A stretch of 64,000 bases of DNA from Phoronis australis (taxonomy: Eukaryota; Animalia; Phoronida), in the NCBI GenBank assembly GCA_002633005.1, contig NMRA01000031.1, positions 843,185 to 907,184 of the forward strand, written 5' to 3'. Below are positions 26,901 through 39,100 of the stretch, piece by piece. Position 1 is the first letter of the stretch, and every line of letters begins with the position of its first letter. A model generated the notes under the pieces. That model was not told the origin of the DNA. It saw nothing but the letters and a program-made list of their open reading frames with translations, and did no database searches. The translations under genes and the position numbers were made by a program.

Positions 26901-29579
26901 GACAACTTGAAAAGCGGAAACTGCTCTTTATGTTTCGGAGGAATGAAAGTTGTAATTACCGGGGCACCTGGGATAGCGTGGTTCATCAATGGCGTCTGCA
27001 TGGTATTAAATTGCGGTGACAAATAGTGCGATTCTGCGACCAAATATGTACCTGTTTTCTGACACAAAACTTACTATTTCTTTTTTATGGAGGTTTAGAT
27101 AATGCTGGCATGTCACTCTTTTACTTTAGAATCTATTGGATGGAAGCTGTACATCTGGTAGTGGCTCAGGGCTCCCTCTGTTGGTACAACGAACTGTTTC
27201 TAGGCAGGTTACACTCACTGACTGTATTGGTAAGTCAGGGTAGTGGTATACGTTAGTCAGGGTAGTAATATAGGTGACTCAGGGTACTGGTTTAGTTCAG
27301 TTACTTTTACTAATCACTGTGTCTTGTCACCTACCAATTGTAATTTTCTGTCAAAATAAGTTTGTTAGAAATCATTGTAATGTAGTGACTACTCTTCATA
27401 TAGTACAGATTTTATTAACTTACTTTTAATAATGATTTAGTTTAAACAAATATCAGAAGCTAGCTAAATGTCAGTTGCCATTCTTTATACTGTAAAAACT
27501 GTTATCAGACAGAGAAGTCAGACTTATAAAGTGTCCAAATAAGAACAACCGTACTATGCAACTTTGTACGAGTTAGTAAAAATCCAACTTATGCAAGTTT
27601 TGCTGTTATCAGCTCACTATCTTACCTCCGTTGTTGGCAAGGCCTTAGTTACTGTCCTTTTTTACTGACTCTGTTTTAGTTGCACCAAAAGTTAGAATAC
27701 AAACTGTCTTTCTTGAATGAGTTGCTGTTTCTTTCATTCCATTTAATCAGGTTTAAAATGCTACAGCCTCTTAAATTGGAAACTGCTTTTTAAGTGTTAT
27801 CATGAGTTGTTCGTTCATCGGAAGGTAATACACGATCTTGACCTTTCAGGTAAAGGTCGCTATGGTGAAGTATGGAGGGGGACATATCAAGGGGAGACAG
27901 TGGCAGTGAAGATCTTCTCGTCACGTGACGAACAAAGTTGGCAGAGAGAAAGTGAGATCTACAACACAGTGTTACTGCGTCACGAGAACATTTTGGGATT
28001 CCTTGCCTCGGACATGATCAGCGTTAAATCGTGTACTCAGTTATGGCTGATCACGCTTTATCATGAAAACGGTTCGCTCTACGACTATTTAAACAAGACT
28101 GTTCTAGAGCCACACACTATGTTGAGGATGGCGGTATCGGCCGCAGCAGGCATAGTCCACCTGCACACTGAGATATTTGGAACGCAAGGCAAGCCAGCTA
28201 TTGCGCACAGAGATATTAAGTCAAAAAATATTCTGGTGAAACGCAGCCTCAGCTGCTGTATTGCCGACCTGGGATTGGCAGTGACTCACTCTCAGGTGAC
28301 TAACGTTTTAGACATTGGCAGCAACCACAAAGTGGGAACTAAGCGTTACATGGCTCCGGAGATCTTAGAGGAGACCATGAATGCGGAAAATTTTGACTGC
28401 TTCAAGAAAGTAGATGTCTACGCATTTGGTTTAGTGCTTTGGGAGATTGGTCGAAGGTGCATAGTGGGAGGTGAGTTTGTCTTCTTTGGCTTGTTGGTGG
28501 TTATTATGGGTTGCAAAATGGGTTCTTGTGAAACACAGTAAATGTCTGTATTCCACTGTTGTCCATATGTAACAAAAATTAAGAGTCCGTCGTAAGTGAA
28601 AATGATATTATCCTGCTTTATACAACATGCATCAGTTACGTTTTGCTTAATCATGGGCAGAAAAGATTTTGTTTCATATTTTCATTTGTTACCCCACCTG
28701 CTTAATTTACATTTTTGTGACAAGTTACCACTAGGTAGTGTGTTTCAAACTCCATTATGATTCAACAAATTTTGTTGAAGTCCCAGTGCAACTGCCTTCT
28801 GCAACTTTTTTTGACAGTAATGATACTTTAGAAGTGGTCGCATTTTGTGCATTATTAGGTCAGAAGTGACTTCGTGGCAAGTATTGACGAAGCACTGTCA
28901 CTGAACACTGAACTCTAGGTGGAGTTAGTGACTGAACACAAGGTGGAGCCACTAGTTGCTACATTGGGACTCCAATGTATTGGTCATTATTTTACCACCC
29001 AGTGTTGTGAGTTGGTTGATGCCGTTCCAGGTTTTGCCGAGGACTACTACCCGCCGTTCTACGATGCCGTGCCGACAGATCCCTCGTTTGAAGACATGAA
29101 AAAAGTGGTAGTGACCGATCAACAGAGGCCAAGTATTCCAAATAGATGGTCTTCCGATGCTGTGAGTATATTCACAAACTTACCGACCTTGTTTTCCTCT
29201 GCGTAGTAGATTTTAGTTTTCAAATCCTGTAAATTTGCTTGAAATTTCGTGGGAGTCAGACGGCTCAAAAGTAACTGTTTATGTCATTTTTGTATTGTAT
29301 TTGATCATGAAAAATGCTAATGCCTTTCCGATTTAACTTTTGGTAAAAGTAACATCATGAAACGGCTGCTTTAAAATCTTATGCCAACAACTAGCTTCAG
29401 TGTACTTATTGGCGGATTCTTTCTCATTGTCTTCACAGTTACTGAGTCAATATGCGAAGTTAATGAAGGAATGTTGGTACCAGAATGCCCAAGCTCGTCT
29501 AACAATGCTCAGAATTAAGAAGTCGCTGACCAAGATGTTAGAATCCCTGGAAAAGACAGACCCTGAAATACAAGTGTAG
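17837..29579 (+). CDS. ACVR1: TGF-beta family type I receptor Ser/Thr kinase, ALK1/ALK2 (ACVR1/saxophone) class; 5'-incomplete model: join(17837..17981,20878..21070,22037..22254,24329..24428 [or 27130..27229],25038..25658 [or 27850..28470],29031..29161,29439..29579)
   Basis: Exons have GT-AG sites and matching phases. Motifs: 10-Cys ectodomain ending [10 protein letters not shown] helix, GS box [49 protein letters not shown]. The L45 loop [15 protein letters not shown] is of the ALK1/2/Sax type rather than ALK3/6 or ALK4/5/7. Confidence 0.93.
18035..18442. mobile_element. Complete hAT-type MITE (408 bp)
   Basis: TIRs CAGGCCTTTAT / ATAAAGGTCTG; perfect 8-bp TSD AATGGAGA at 18027-18034 and 18443-18450; subterminal GGACGCCC repeats. 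Confidence 0.9.
19542..19818. mobile_element. Harbinger-like MITE (277 bp)
   Basis: TIRs GGACCTGTTT / AAACAGGCCC; CAG duplicated on both flanks. Confidence 0.55.
20878..21070 (+). CDS. ACVR1: ACVR1-like ectodomain exon B ([21 protein letters not shown])
   Basis: tttcag / ACAG|gtgagt; cysteine box CCx4CN. Confidence 0.92.
22037..22254 (+). CDS. ACVR1: ACVR1-like transmembrane/juxtamembrane exon (..[28 protein letters not shown])
   Basis: tttcag / CAG|gtgagt; hydrophobic helix followed by basic residues; GDSTL motif typical of ALK1/2. Confidence 0.92.
24329..24428 (+). CDS. ACVR1: ACVR1-like GS-domain exon, copy 1 ([33 protein letters not shown])
   Basis: ctttag / G|gtaagt; canonical GS box. 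Confidence 0.9.
25038..25658 (+). CDS. ACVR1: ACVR1-like kinase exon, copy 1
   Basis: tttcag / G|gtgagt; kinase subdomains I-IX intact. Confidence 0.9.
27130..27229 (+). CDS. ACVR1: ACVR1-like GS-domain exon, copy 2
   Basis: Same coding sequence and splice sites as 24329..24428. Confidence 0.88.
27850..28470 (+). CDS. ACVR1: ACVR1-like kinase exon, copy 2
   Basis: Same peptide as copy 1; only synonymous differences seen; contiguous with the downstream exons. Confidence 0.9.
29031..29161 (+). CDS. ACVR1: ACVR1-like kinase exon ([44 protein letters not shown])
   Basis: ttccag / GCT|gtgagt; conserved PxDPSFEDMxKVV..RPxIPNRW. Confidence 0.93.
29439..29579 (+). CDS. ACVR1: ACVR1-like last coding exon ([46 protein letters not shown])
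   Basis: ttcacag acceptor; LMKECW..ARLT.LRIKK motif; TAG stop. Confidence 0.93.
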   Translation, partial: LLSQYAKLMKECWYQNAQARLTMLRIKKSLTKMLESLEKTDPEIQV

Positions 29580-32500
29580 TTGTGACATCATCGTATGTTT
29601 GTAGTTTTGCTCAATGAATGTGAATACCAACCATTCGCAGTCATTTCACTGTCTCATTATCATAACTAGTCCAATGGTGGCTGGCAGCCATATTGACAAA
29701 CAGCAATGTTGTCAAAATCATCCATTTGCATAGAATAAGTGCATTTGTGCTATAAACTGTCTTCAATTTAGGGCAAGATATGACGCACAAATGGAATTTT
29801 GTCAAATTTCTCAACAAAAATAAATATCAAGGTTATGTAGCATTTTATGGATAAGTCTGCTTATTCAGCCCAACTGTCTTCACAACTATGAATTTTGATT
29901 TTGTTAAAGTGCATATTTTGTGACAGTAGAAAGCCTATAGGGTTTTGACTTTTTAACAATCTGCCATTTCTTTTTAGTACAATTTAGCAAAAAAAGAAAG
30001 ATACATTGGTGGCAAAACAATACTATCAATAACACGATTTTTGCTTTGATATAATTCTTTAGAGACGAGATCTCAAAGTTATTTAAAATGTTTCATTTTT
30101 GTTTTTGCAACTTTTTCATGAAAATCATACAAATCCTATTTTTGATTGCTCTTTATTCTAAAGTGGAACCTTTTAAGAACAATTTGTAACGGCATTTTTG
30201 AAAACAGTGTGTAAAGCATATTGTCTGAAAGTTTCATACGAATTCGATCAGCCATTTATGAGATATCATGTTCCAAAGTTTGTCAAATGTGAATTTTTTC
30301 GCCGGTCCTACATAGAACCTCTTTACTCCACCATCATCACCATTGGTTGAACTGCACAGCTATCATGAAACGAGAGCAGGGAAATTTTCAACGTTTAACA
30401 AACACAATAATCGGCCTTTCATTTATGGAAATTTCGAATTTTGCAGGGCATGTTTGTGTGAAATTGAAGATAGAGTATCCTAAAATTTAAATAGATGTGA
30501 TTGTGCCTTTCAGTTCTGAATTGTTCGTAGCTCTGTAGAAGACGATACTGTTTCTCAGATGATGCATGATGCCATCTCATGAGCAGCATTTGTATTCTCG
30601 TGAGCACGTCATTTCTCACAATTTGTTTTTTGTATCCTTCGCCGCCAGTATTCCTTTCTTACGAATCGTATTGTTTATAAGAAAAAATTGTGGTTTGTGA
30701 GAAAAGAATTGTATTTGTAAGAAAAAAAAATGTTGCATGAGAAGAGGCTACTTATGAGAAATCTGTTGAGGAGAAAAGGAGCATTGAGAGTTAGAACAAT
30801 ACATATCAGCCATTCCTGAGGGAGGAAAACTTGCCATCTCACCTCTAGAAATTGAAACGTTCGGTCGCATCCCAGTATTAAACAAGCAAAAACATTTTAC
30901 GTCACCCAAGCGCTTTTGGCTTGTTCACAGCAGCCTTTCACCTAAGTTGTCTGGCAATGTGAAGCAGTTGCTCTTTGCAGTCACCATACCATCACTTGCT
31001 TGTCAGGTCGACTCAATTCGATTTGTTCAGGAACTTCTGCTTGTATGAGTTTTGTTTAACATTTCCATTATCAGACCGATTAATATTTCAGCTTAGTCAT
31101 GTTTGTAAGATGTGTACATTGAAATGAAAGGGTGTACTGCACTAATTCAAAGGGTATTCTTTTTGCCAAAATATTTGTACTGAATCTTTTGTTTTGTGCA
31201 ACAAAACGCGTTCCATTTTGATTCGTCATCGTCCCAAGTCCATTCCGTGACTCGTGAAGACTTGCACTGCACTATATATTCACCCAATATAATACTCCAA
31301 TACTCCATACACTAGTCTCAGGGTAGCAGTGCGGTGTCTGTGTTTGCTGGTCATGGACTGGAGTTTGAAGAATCATGAATCGAGTTTAGAGGCTTGATCG
31401 CGGACTCGTTTCTATGTCTTGAACCAGGTTTGACATGGGGCAGAATCCCATGCTGGTACAGTATCTTTGTGTGTATGAATGTGAAAGTACGATAATGAAG
31501 TTACAATTTCCTTCTCGACGTACTTTGCTAAAGAAATGTCTCCCTTATAGTTATTTAAATGTTAAACTTGTTCTCTAGGACTCCCATGTCTGTTGATGAT
31601 GTAAATAAATCTTTTGCATAATTTATGTTGATATAACCCATTTCCTGAAAAACTGCACAGTGGCTTTATTACATCACGTCACATTCCAGTAGTTCAACCG
31701 TGCCCTTGACGTCGTGCCAACAGTCTAACTGCCAAACATTTTAAAGTCTAGAATGAAACCGGCCTCTGCTTCTTACTCGATACTGCTCAGTTTTATAAAC
31801 ACTGAAGGCATTTTTGCGGAATCTCTACTTTGGGAAATGTTTTTTCGCAAAAAATTGTCTAGTATTGCCATCCGGAATTTCAATTTTCTGATTTTCCGGT
31901 AAAATGTTTACCCGTTAGCTGTTATTGGATTTTTGTTGAACTAGTGTTCAGCGTCTCACCTATTGTTCATGCCTAATGCTGGTGGAAATTTTAAGTGTTG
32001 GAATTGTGTTGTTTTTAAATTCTTAGCGTTCTTCATATTGTCAAACTACAAACGAGGGGCAGGATGTTCAGCAAAAATATCAACGGTATGAATGTAAGAA
32101 TTCTTGCTTTGCCATCATCAACTTAGCCCATTTTTTTCCTATAAAATTAGAAATTTGGTCAGCCAAAATTTGCTTACCATGCTCGTAGCATTGCATTGCA
32201 GTGGGTAGGAATACAATTTTGTAGAGGACCTCTTGTTTTCTCCATCCCCACCTTCCGGGCATTGCTTGAACTCAATTAGAAATGAAACTATTCCAGCTAA
32301 CGCGGATTTTCTTTAAGCAGACATCAGCTGCCAGTAGGAGGGTGGGCTCGCAACATGTCTCATCCCCCTTGGCTATGGCATTAATTCATGTTACCACTAC
32401 CCTTAAAAGTGTCACATGTATACTGAAACCAACAAATACCATATTTACCCATGAATTTCAAAATCAACAAAGCAAGGAAAAGTGCATTCACAGATTCTAG

Positions 32501-35500
32501 TCACAAAGAGACACTGGTTGCTAATGCAATGACTGACATGAGTTTGTCCAACCAAGTCAGACCAAAGATACACAAGACAATTGCTCTTGGCCCCACTCCA
32601 TTCAATCTCGCCTCAAAAATTTAACGTTTTATTCAAAACAATATCCATGCAATACACATTCCTCTGAAAATGACCGAGGAGACAATACAAAAATCAGAGG
32701 ACATCACAAGTTTCAAAATGCTAAGTTTTGAACTTGAAGTTTCTTAAAAACAGGACAGTGTTGTCTGATTATTACTGTAATGGATGCTTTGCTTAACAGT
32801 CATGAACATAGCCATGTTCTTATGTATCATTCTTCTGCTTCTGGTGATTACTCCATTTTTACTCTTCAGATGACCAATGAAAATACCAGAGTACTAAGCG
32901 AGTGTCCATTAACTAATAAACAAACCTCACTGTCCTGTATTTTGTGTACAAGAGTAGCTGTTGTCAAACAAGTCTTCAACACTCAATAAATATCTGATGA
33001 CGGGGTATTACACCTAGAACCAGAAGTAGATCCTCTGCCCTTAGTCAATTTTATAATCGCAACTGTTCATGGGAACCGGCACAAAATTACTCTCCAGTTT
33101 ATTGCCAAACGTTAACAATTTGAGTGCGCCAACTTCAAATAAAACTACCGTTACTTTTTGCTCATCCACCTAAGAGTATAATGTACTTGAACCCTCGATA
33201 TTCGAGCAACAACGGTCAAAGTGAATGGCAAGCTATGATAGGAAAACAAACTGATCAGTCAAAACCATGTGCACAAACACTGCCAAGTAAAACCACCCAC
33301 AGGTGTCCTTCTTAAACTCAGTGTGAAGGCCGACTTCCAATGTTTAATGATTCATTGATCAGTTTGTGAGACGAGAAATGAGTACATGGTGCATTTAGGT
33401 GTGCAAAGATATTTCTTCCCACACGAGTATATAGTTGGACCCATGCGCCTACATCAGGAACTGCCATAAATATTCTTCACTTTGAGACATAATATGGAGC
33501 ACAAGTGAAATATCATTTTGTCAAATTTCTTAATAAACAGAATTTTTCATGAAAATTAACTTTGCTGTTAGTCTGGTTTGCATGGTGTACCTATTACCAA
33601 ACGTGATAAAATTTGAGCATTTGCAACTATGTAGTAAGCCTCTGAAGAATAGAAATATGTCAATTTTAGCAATTATTATTTTTGTGCCAAATTGAAGAGT
33701 TTTTACGTAAGTCCATGTGACTGTATGCGAAATAAGGTGCATGTGACTAAACACTCCAGTAAAACCGAGGAGCAGATTTCTAGAATATGAAGGAGAAACT
33801 TGAACGGTACAAAAAGGGAAACATTTGAATGCAAATTTAACGCAGCTATTAAATGAAAACTATTTTTAAGAAAGAACAAAAAACGATGACACTGGGTTTA
33901 AGACATGCGCGCACATGTAAGGGATGGCTATCCGTGCCACAAAGTGAAACTGGTGCATATGTGCTTACATGCGGAACATTTGAGTAAAAGTTGCACGAAA
34001 AATTTCGTTAGTTCACGGACAAGTGCATGGGCCCACATGAGCATATATGTTGAACTAGCAGTTATGTCTGTTTTAAAAAGAGTACCCGATAGTCTTGATG
34101 TCATACTTCCTGAAAAACGCTAACTTATGGAAGAGCACATTGGGGGCTTATCCAGGAATTTGTAAGTTGTGGTACAGTTACCTAATAACAACTAATTTTA
34201 ACAACAAGGCAAAAGTTTAGGAGAAGATACATTTTTAAAAAAAATCGCAAATTTCATAATGTCACATTTGAACATTAATTATTTTGCCAGCCCAGTTGAC
34301 AATAAAACGAAAGGTACAGCAACTGCTCTTCAATTCAGCAAACAATGGACGAGTAGGATTTTTGTTTACTAGTTAATTTGTCAACAAAAATTTATGTAAA
34401 AAATGGACTCCATCATTAGTCTGGTGGGTACTGTATCACAAAACAAATGTAGGAAAATGAGCTTTTTAACAATGTAATCATGCATGGAATAGAACAGAGA
34501 TCAGACTCACAGAGAGTACGGTACCGACACTAGAACAGAACTGATAATGCAATGAAAAGAGCAACTAAACAGGAAACAGTTCAACAAACTAGTAGTCTGT
34601 TGGTCTCTTCAACAGTCCAAAGACTATGACAGTCCAACAATTGCTGGTGTCTGCAACAGTCTGAAGACTGTGACAGTCTCTGCAACAGTCTGAAGACAGT
34701 AAGACAGAATACCTTACAAACAAAGACAAGACAAAGTCAAATCATTGATGCATGAAATATAAAATGTCAACCCCAAATGTCACAATTACTATTCTGTTAC
34801 AATTACTATTCTGTACATCTGAGAGATTCATTGTCATTTATAATGCCACGACTAGGACTGCACACTATTGAGAATTATCAGTACAATGAAATATTGATAT
34901 TTTCATACAGTTTACAATGACATATTGATATTTTCGTATAGAGACAAACTTTTAAATTTTATTGATACTTGAAAAAATATGGAAAATATGGAAAGAAATA
35001 AAAACTTACAAAAGTCATTCTTGTGTGTTTGCATAACTGGATTACTCACCCAAATGTGTTATGTTTTTGTAACTGGGCAAACTTACATTTCGTAACTAGG
35101 CAAACTCATATTACACAAACCAGAGGCATTTTGCCAGTGTCCCAGATGCCTACGTTCTAAAAATAGAAGATCGAATACCAGTTAAGAAGCTAATTCTAAA
35201 TGTTGAAGATATGTAAGTTCTTAACTATACTTCAAGTAGCCACATATTCATAGCATCTCAATTAACTGGCACCGTATCCATCACTATATAGTGGTACTTG
35301 ATTATAGGTGAGCAGTCCCACTCGTAACAGCAATAGCTAGACAGTTAGTGCGACCATCGCCTAGCAACACTGACACATAGCGCATAACGCAAGGATCCAG
35401 GGTCACAGCCACGGGGGCTTGACAATGGACAGAGGTAGAGGGGTCTTTGTATTCTTCCATTCAGTACTCCATCAGCAATTGATTGAGCACGGTGAGTCTG

Positions 35501-36099
35501 TGCTCCATGGACCCCTCTGGACACGCGCTATGGTGACACGGCTAACAGTTACTATGGTGACGAGGCTAACATGTGACTAAGCTAGTATCCTTTGCCATAA
35601 AAACTACTATAATACCTGAGTGTTGAATGTAGTAACCACAAAAAATGACCAAGAGCAGACGTACTAGGCAATATTCACAGGATATTGTGTCAATTAGCCA
35701 GTTAGGACAACCCAAACGAAGTCATTTCTATAGTCAGCCACTCTGAGTTAAAAGGAATTCAGGTTATAGAACTCTAGGTAGTGAACAACTCAAGGGTAAG
35801 ACACAAAATGGCCACCATACTTTTCCATTGACCTTTGTTGACCCATATTGACATACAAGCTGACAAAAGACTATCACGGTGCATGACCAATGCAAAACTA
35901 TCTGTGGCAAGGCAACTGAAGGCAAATCCTTAAACACTCGTCGCTCCTGAAAAATCCTGTGTCAAGTTGAGACTTCACAAGATACCAGGAGCTTTACATC
36001 TCAACACTAAAGCGCACGCTTGCATGGCCGACCTAGAATCCGACACTAGTCATCCATCACAAGAATCCCAGTAAAGAATCTGGTCATTCTGAAAGGCTT

Positions 36100-36153
36100 C
36101 TACCTTCGAGAGTATTTTGCAATATAATCTTGCACCTTGGCTTTGAAGTCCTC
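36100..36153 (-). CDS. UBE2F: UBE2F last coding exon ([17 protein letters not shown])
   Basis: ttgcag acceptor; TAG stop. Confidence 0.9.
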   Translation of the reverse strand, partial: EDFKAKVQDYIAKYSRR

Positions 36154-39100
36154 CTGCAAATTAATCATGAGAAGCTGCTGAAAAATAAGCAATTCCATTG
36201 GAATTTAATTTAAAAACAAAATGATCCTGAAAAGAAACGAGGGCTGTTCCAGAAAAAATGTATGGGAGAGGGGGAATGCACTTTTATTTCGTACCCGCCG
36301 CCCATATTTTTCATTTATTTCTCCAACCCATGACCCATAATTTTTTAACTCATAAGTTAAAATATAAAATCCAACACTTCCAAACAAATTGCCTCCAGGA
36401 TGACCTGTTAAGAACTTAGATGATCGACAGACAAGAACTAGTTGTCTTGTCCAATATTGTCAAAAACTAAAACAGCCAAGAGGGTGGACGAATCGAAATG
36501 AAAATGACTTCTGTCAACGCATCCATCCCTGCTATACATTTTTGTGCCAAATTTCCAGTTGTGCCAAGCACTTTTTGAGATAATCAACCTGTCTTGTCAA
36601 AAACTAAATGGGGTGGCACAGTAATTGAATCCTGCATCCAAAAATTGACTGGCAGGTGTCGGCACATTCTTGCGATATACTTCTATTTCGAGTTTCATTG
36701 TCAGTGATCAGTGAAGCAGTTTTTGAGATAATCAACATACAAGGAATGGCTTGTCGAAAACTAAAGCGGCCAACATGGGGTACCATGGTTGCCAAACGCA
36801 CTCGGAAATCGACTGGTGAAGGCGCATCCTTGCCAAGTACCTCTATACCAAATTTCATCATACTCCCTTCATAGTGTTCAGCTGCTTCACATTACAAACT
36901 CACCTTATCCCTCTCATAATGTTCAGCTGCTTCACATTACAAACTTACCTTATCCCCTTCATAGTGTTCAGCTGATTCACATTACAAACTCACATTATCC
37001 CTCTCATAGTGTTCAGATGCTTCACATTACAAACTTACCTTATCCCCTTCATAGTGTTCAGCTGCTTCACATTACAAACTCACCTTATCCCTCTCATAGT
37101 GTTCCGCTGCTTCTACATTTAGCGGATCGTCAAAGTTTAAGAGATCCTGAAAAAGGAACATAGAAATGAATCAACTTGAGCAACATCTGCATGTAGGAAG
37201 GCTTAACAAAGTGCATGGACGGGACTTCCAAGACTTAAGTCAAACTTAAATTAGGACATATCAGATGCAAGTTGCCTAGTTACAATATCATAGACGCTGT
37301 GTCAAACTATTCTTGCAAAGTGACATGGGTGAGATGAGCGCCTTATGAAAAACTTTCATAGAAACTGTAAACGGCCAGAGTGATAGCGTACCTAAAATTT
37401 AGTGGGGAAAAGGGTCAGAGCTTGTGGCAGAGTAAGTTCATTTCAACTCGAGATTCAAAAGGTGGCGCTAGTAAACAAGGGCCCAACTTGTAGTAATGAT
37501 TGCATTCAAACACTCTCATGATAATGAAATGCTTTCTTTTGACCATCTACTCAGATTAAGTAAAGGTAACATTCAAAACATATAGTTTCCCCATAAAGAG
37601 TTCTGTGAGGACTAAAAATGATCAAACTATGAAACACTTACACTGAATAACGAGGCGAGGCCCCACACAACATCCTTTAGTCTACGGGTTGGAGCCCAGC
37701 CTGAAACGAAACGCTGACCACTTATTGAAAAAAATCAGTAAATTATGCATTTCTCAACAAAAAGGCGAGTAGACTCAAAAGAGCAGCACAAAGGTATGTG
37801 GGATCTGCTAATTAGGTCAAGTTCACCACCAGTCAACATAGTATATCTGTGCAAAACTGGGGACGTCCCCTCTAGCTCACCCTGCAAAAACACAAACTTC
37901 TAGACAATAGATAAAATGTGGCGAGTGTACATTATGTTGGTGAAGACTTTGAGTTGGAAATGGTGATGAAATGAGCGACTGAAGTATGATCCAATGCATG
38001 ACAACTCATCAATTTCTCGCTTAGTGACAAACCACATGAAGATCACTCACCCATAGTGTCTAATGAGTTTAGCCTGAGCAAACTCAGACACACTTGACCA
38101 GTTTCATTTATATTAGGATGCCATATCCTTGTAGCACATTTCACGGTAGGAGGCTAAAAAGCAACACACTTCACGTATTAGTCACAGAACCCAATATTCA
38201 ATATCTCTTAAGGTTTGGCACACTTTGCTACAAAGTAGCCATTGATTTATGAAATTTTACAATTTATAAAACACCTGAATGTTCCTTTGGATTTTAAATA
38301 GCAGACTTCTTAATTTGAAAAATAGTGATTTTGCATTGAGGTATTTGTTATTAAAGCATTGAATGACAATGTGCAATGTCACAGTCTACAACGACATTTT
38401 ATAGAATATATGAACAGTCATAAACACAAGCGTAGACATAATGTATCTTAGCTGGCAGTGCAATGGAACATTTGAATTTATTAGAGAAGAAACTTCTCGT
38501 TTTAGTTTATTCTAAGCAACAAAACTTATTCACCGTTTACTGAAATGGGAAATAGAGATGTTGAATTTGGTACTCATTCCAATGTGATGCTGTGTGAGCT
38601 TAAAAGAGGTCGAAAACTAAGCCAGCGACACCTTAGTTCTTTTATTTCATAACTAACACATGGGGCATCAAAAGAAAAAAATTGACGGTGCAATTTTTTG
38701 TAAACAATACAAAATACTAAAATTCGAGGCACTCAAAACCATGGAAAAACGTTTATTTACGCTTACGGAGGAAAATCAGTAAATCAGGAACTATGAAGTT
38801 AAAATATGAAACTAACATCATGCAACAAAAGTTTCCTGCTTTCACAACAATTTCTCACATTGAGCTAATAAAAGATGACTTTTCGGCAACCAATTAAATT
38901 TCGAATTTTTGCTAGAATGCCTCTGTTTATGCCACTGTTTAAGGAAAGCTAATTCGGTGACCCCCACATTTTTTTTGCAGATTTGTTACCGGCAAAAAAG
39001 ACCAAAATATGAAAATCCAAAAAAATGTAGGACCCATTTAAAACAATTTTGGATGAGCTGAATTGTTGCAAAGATCTTTTAGAAAGATGAAATGTAGTGA

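Larger units (their letters stand above)
22565..28976. repeat. Tandem duplication 22565-26162 / 26164-28976 separated by a single N; probable uncollapsed haplotypes
   Basis: Colinear copies with scattered SNPs and indels plus a roughly 0.8-kb indel (23131-23929); the junction is exactly the N at 26163. Confidence 0.85.

Noticed and set aside
36865-37113. CRISPR-like array
   Set aside because: Units are contiguous near-identical repeats without unique spacers, in a eukaryotic intron with no cas genes
36789-37163. 124-aa repetitive ORF on + ([14 protein letters not shown] repeats)
   Set aside because: It is the antisense reading of the 45-bp UBE2F splice-donor array; a unit length divisible by 3 keeps it open by chance
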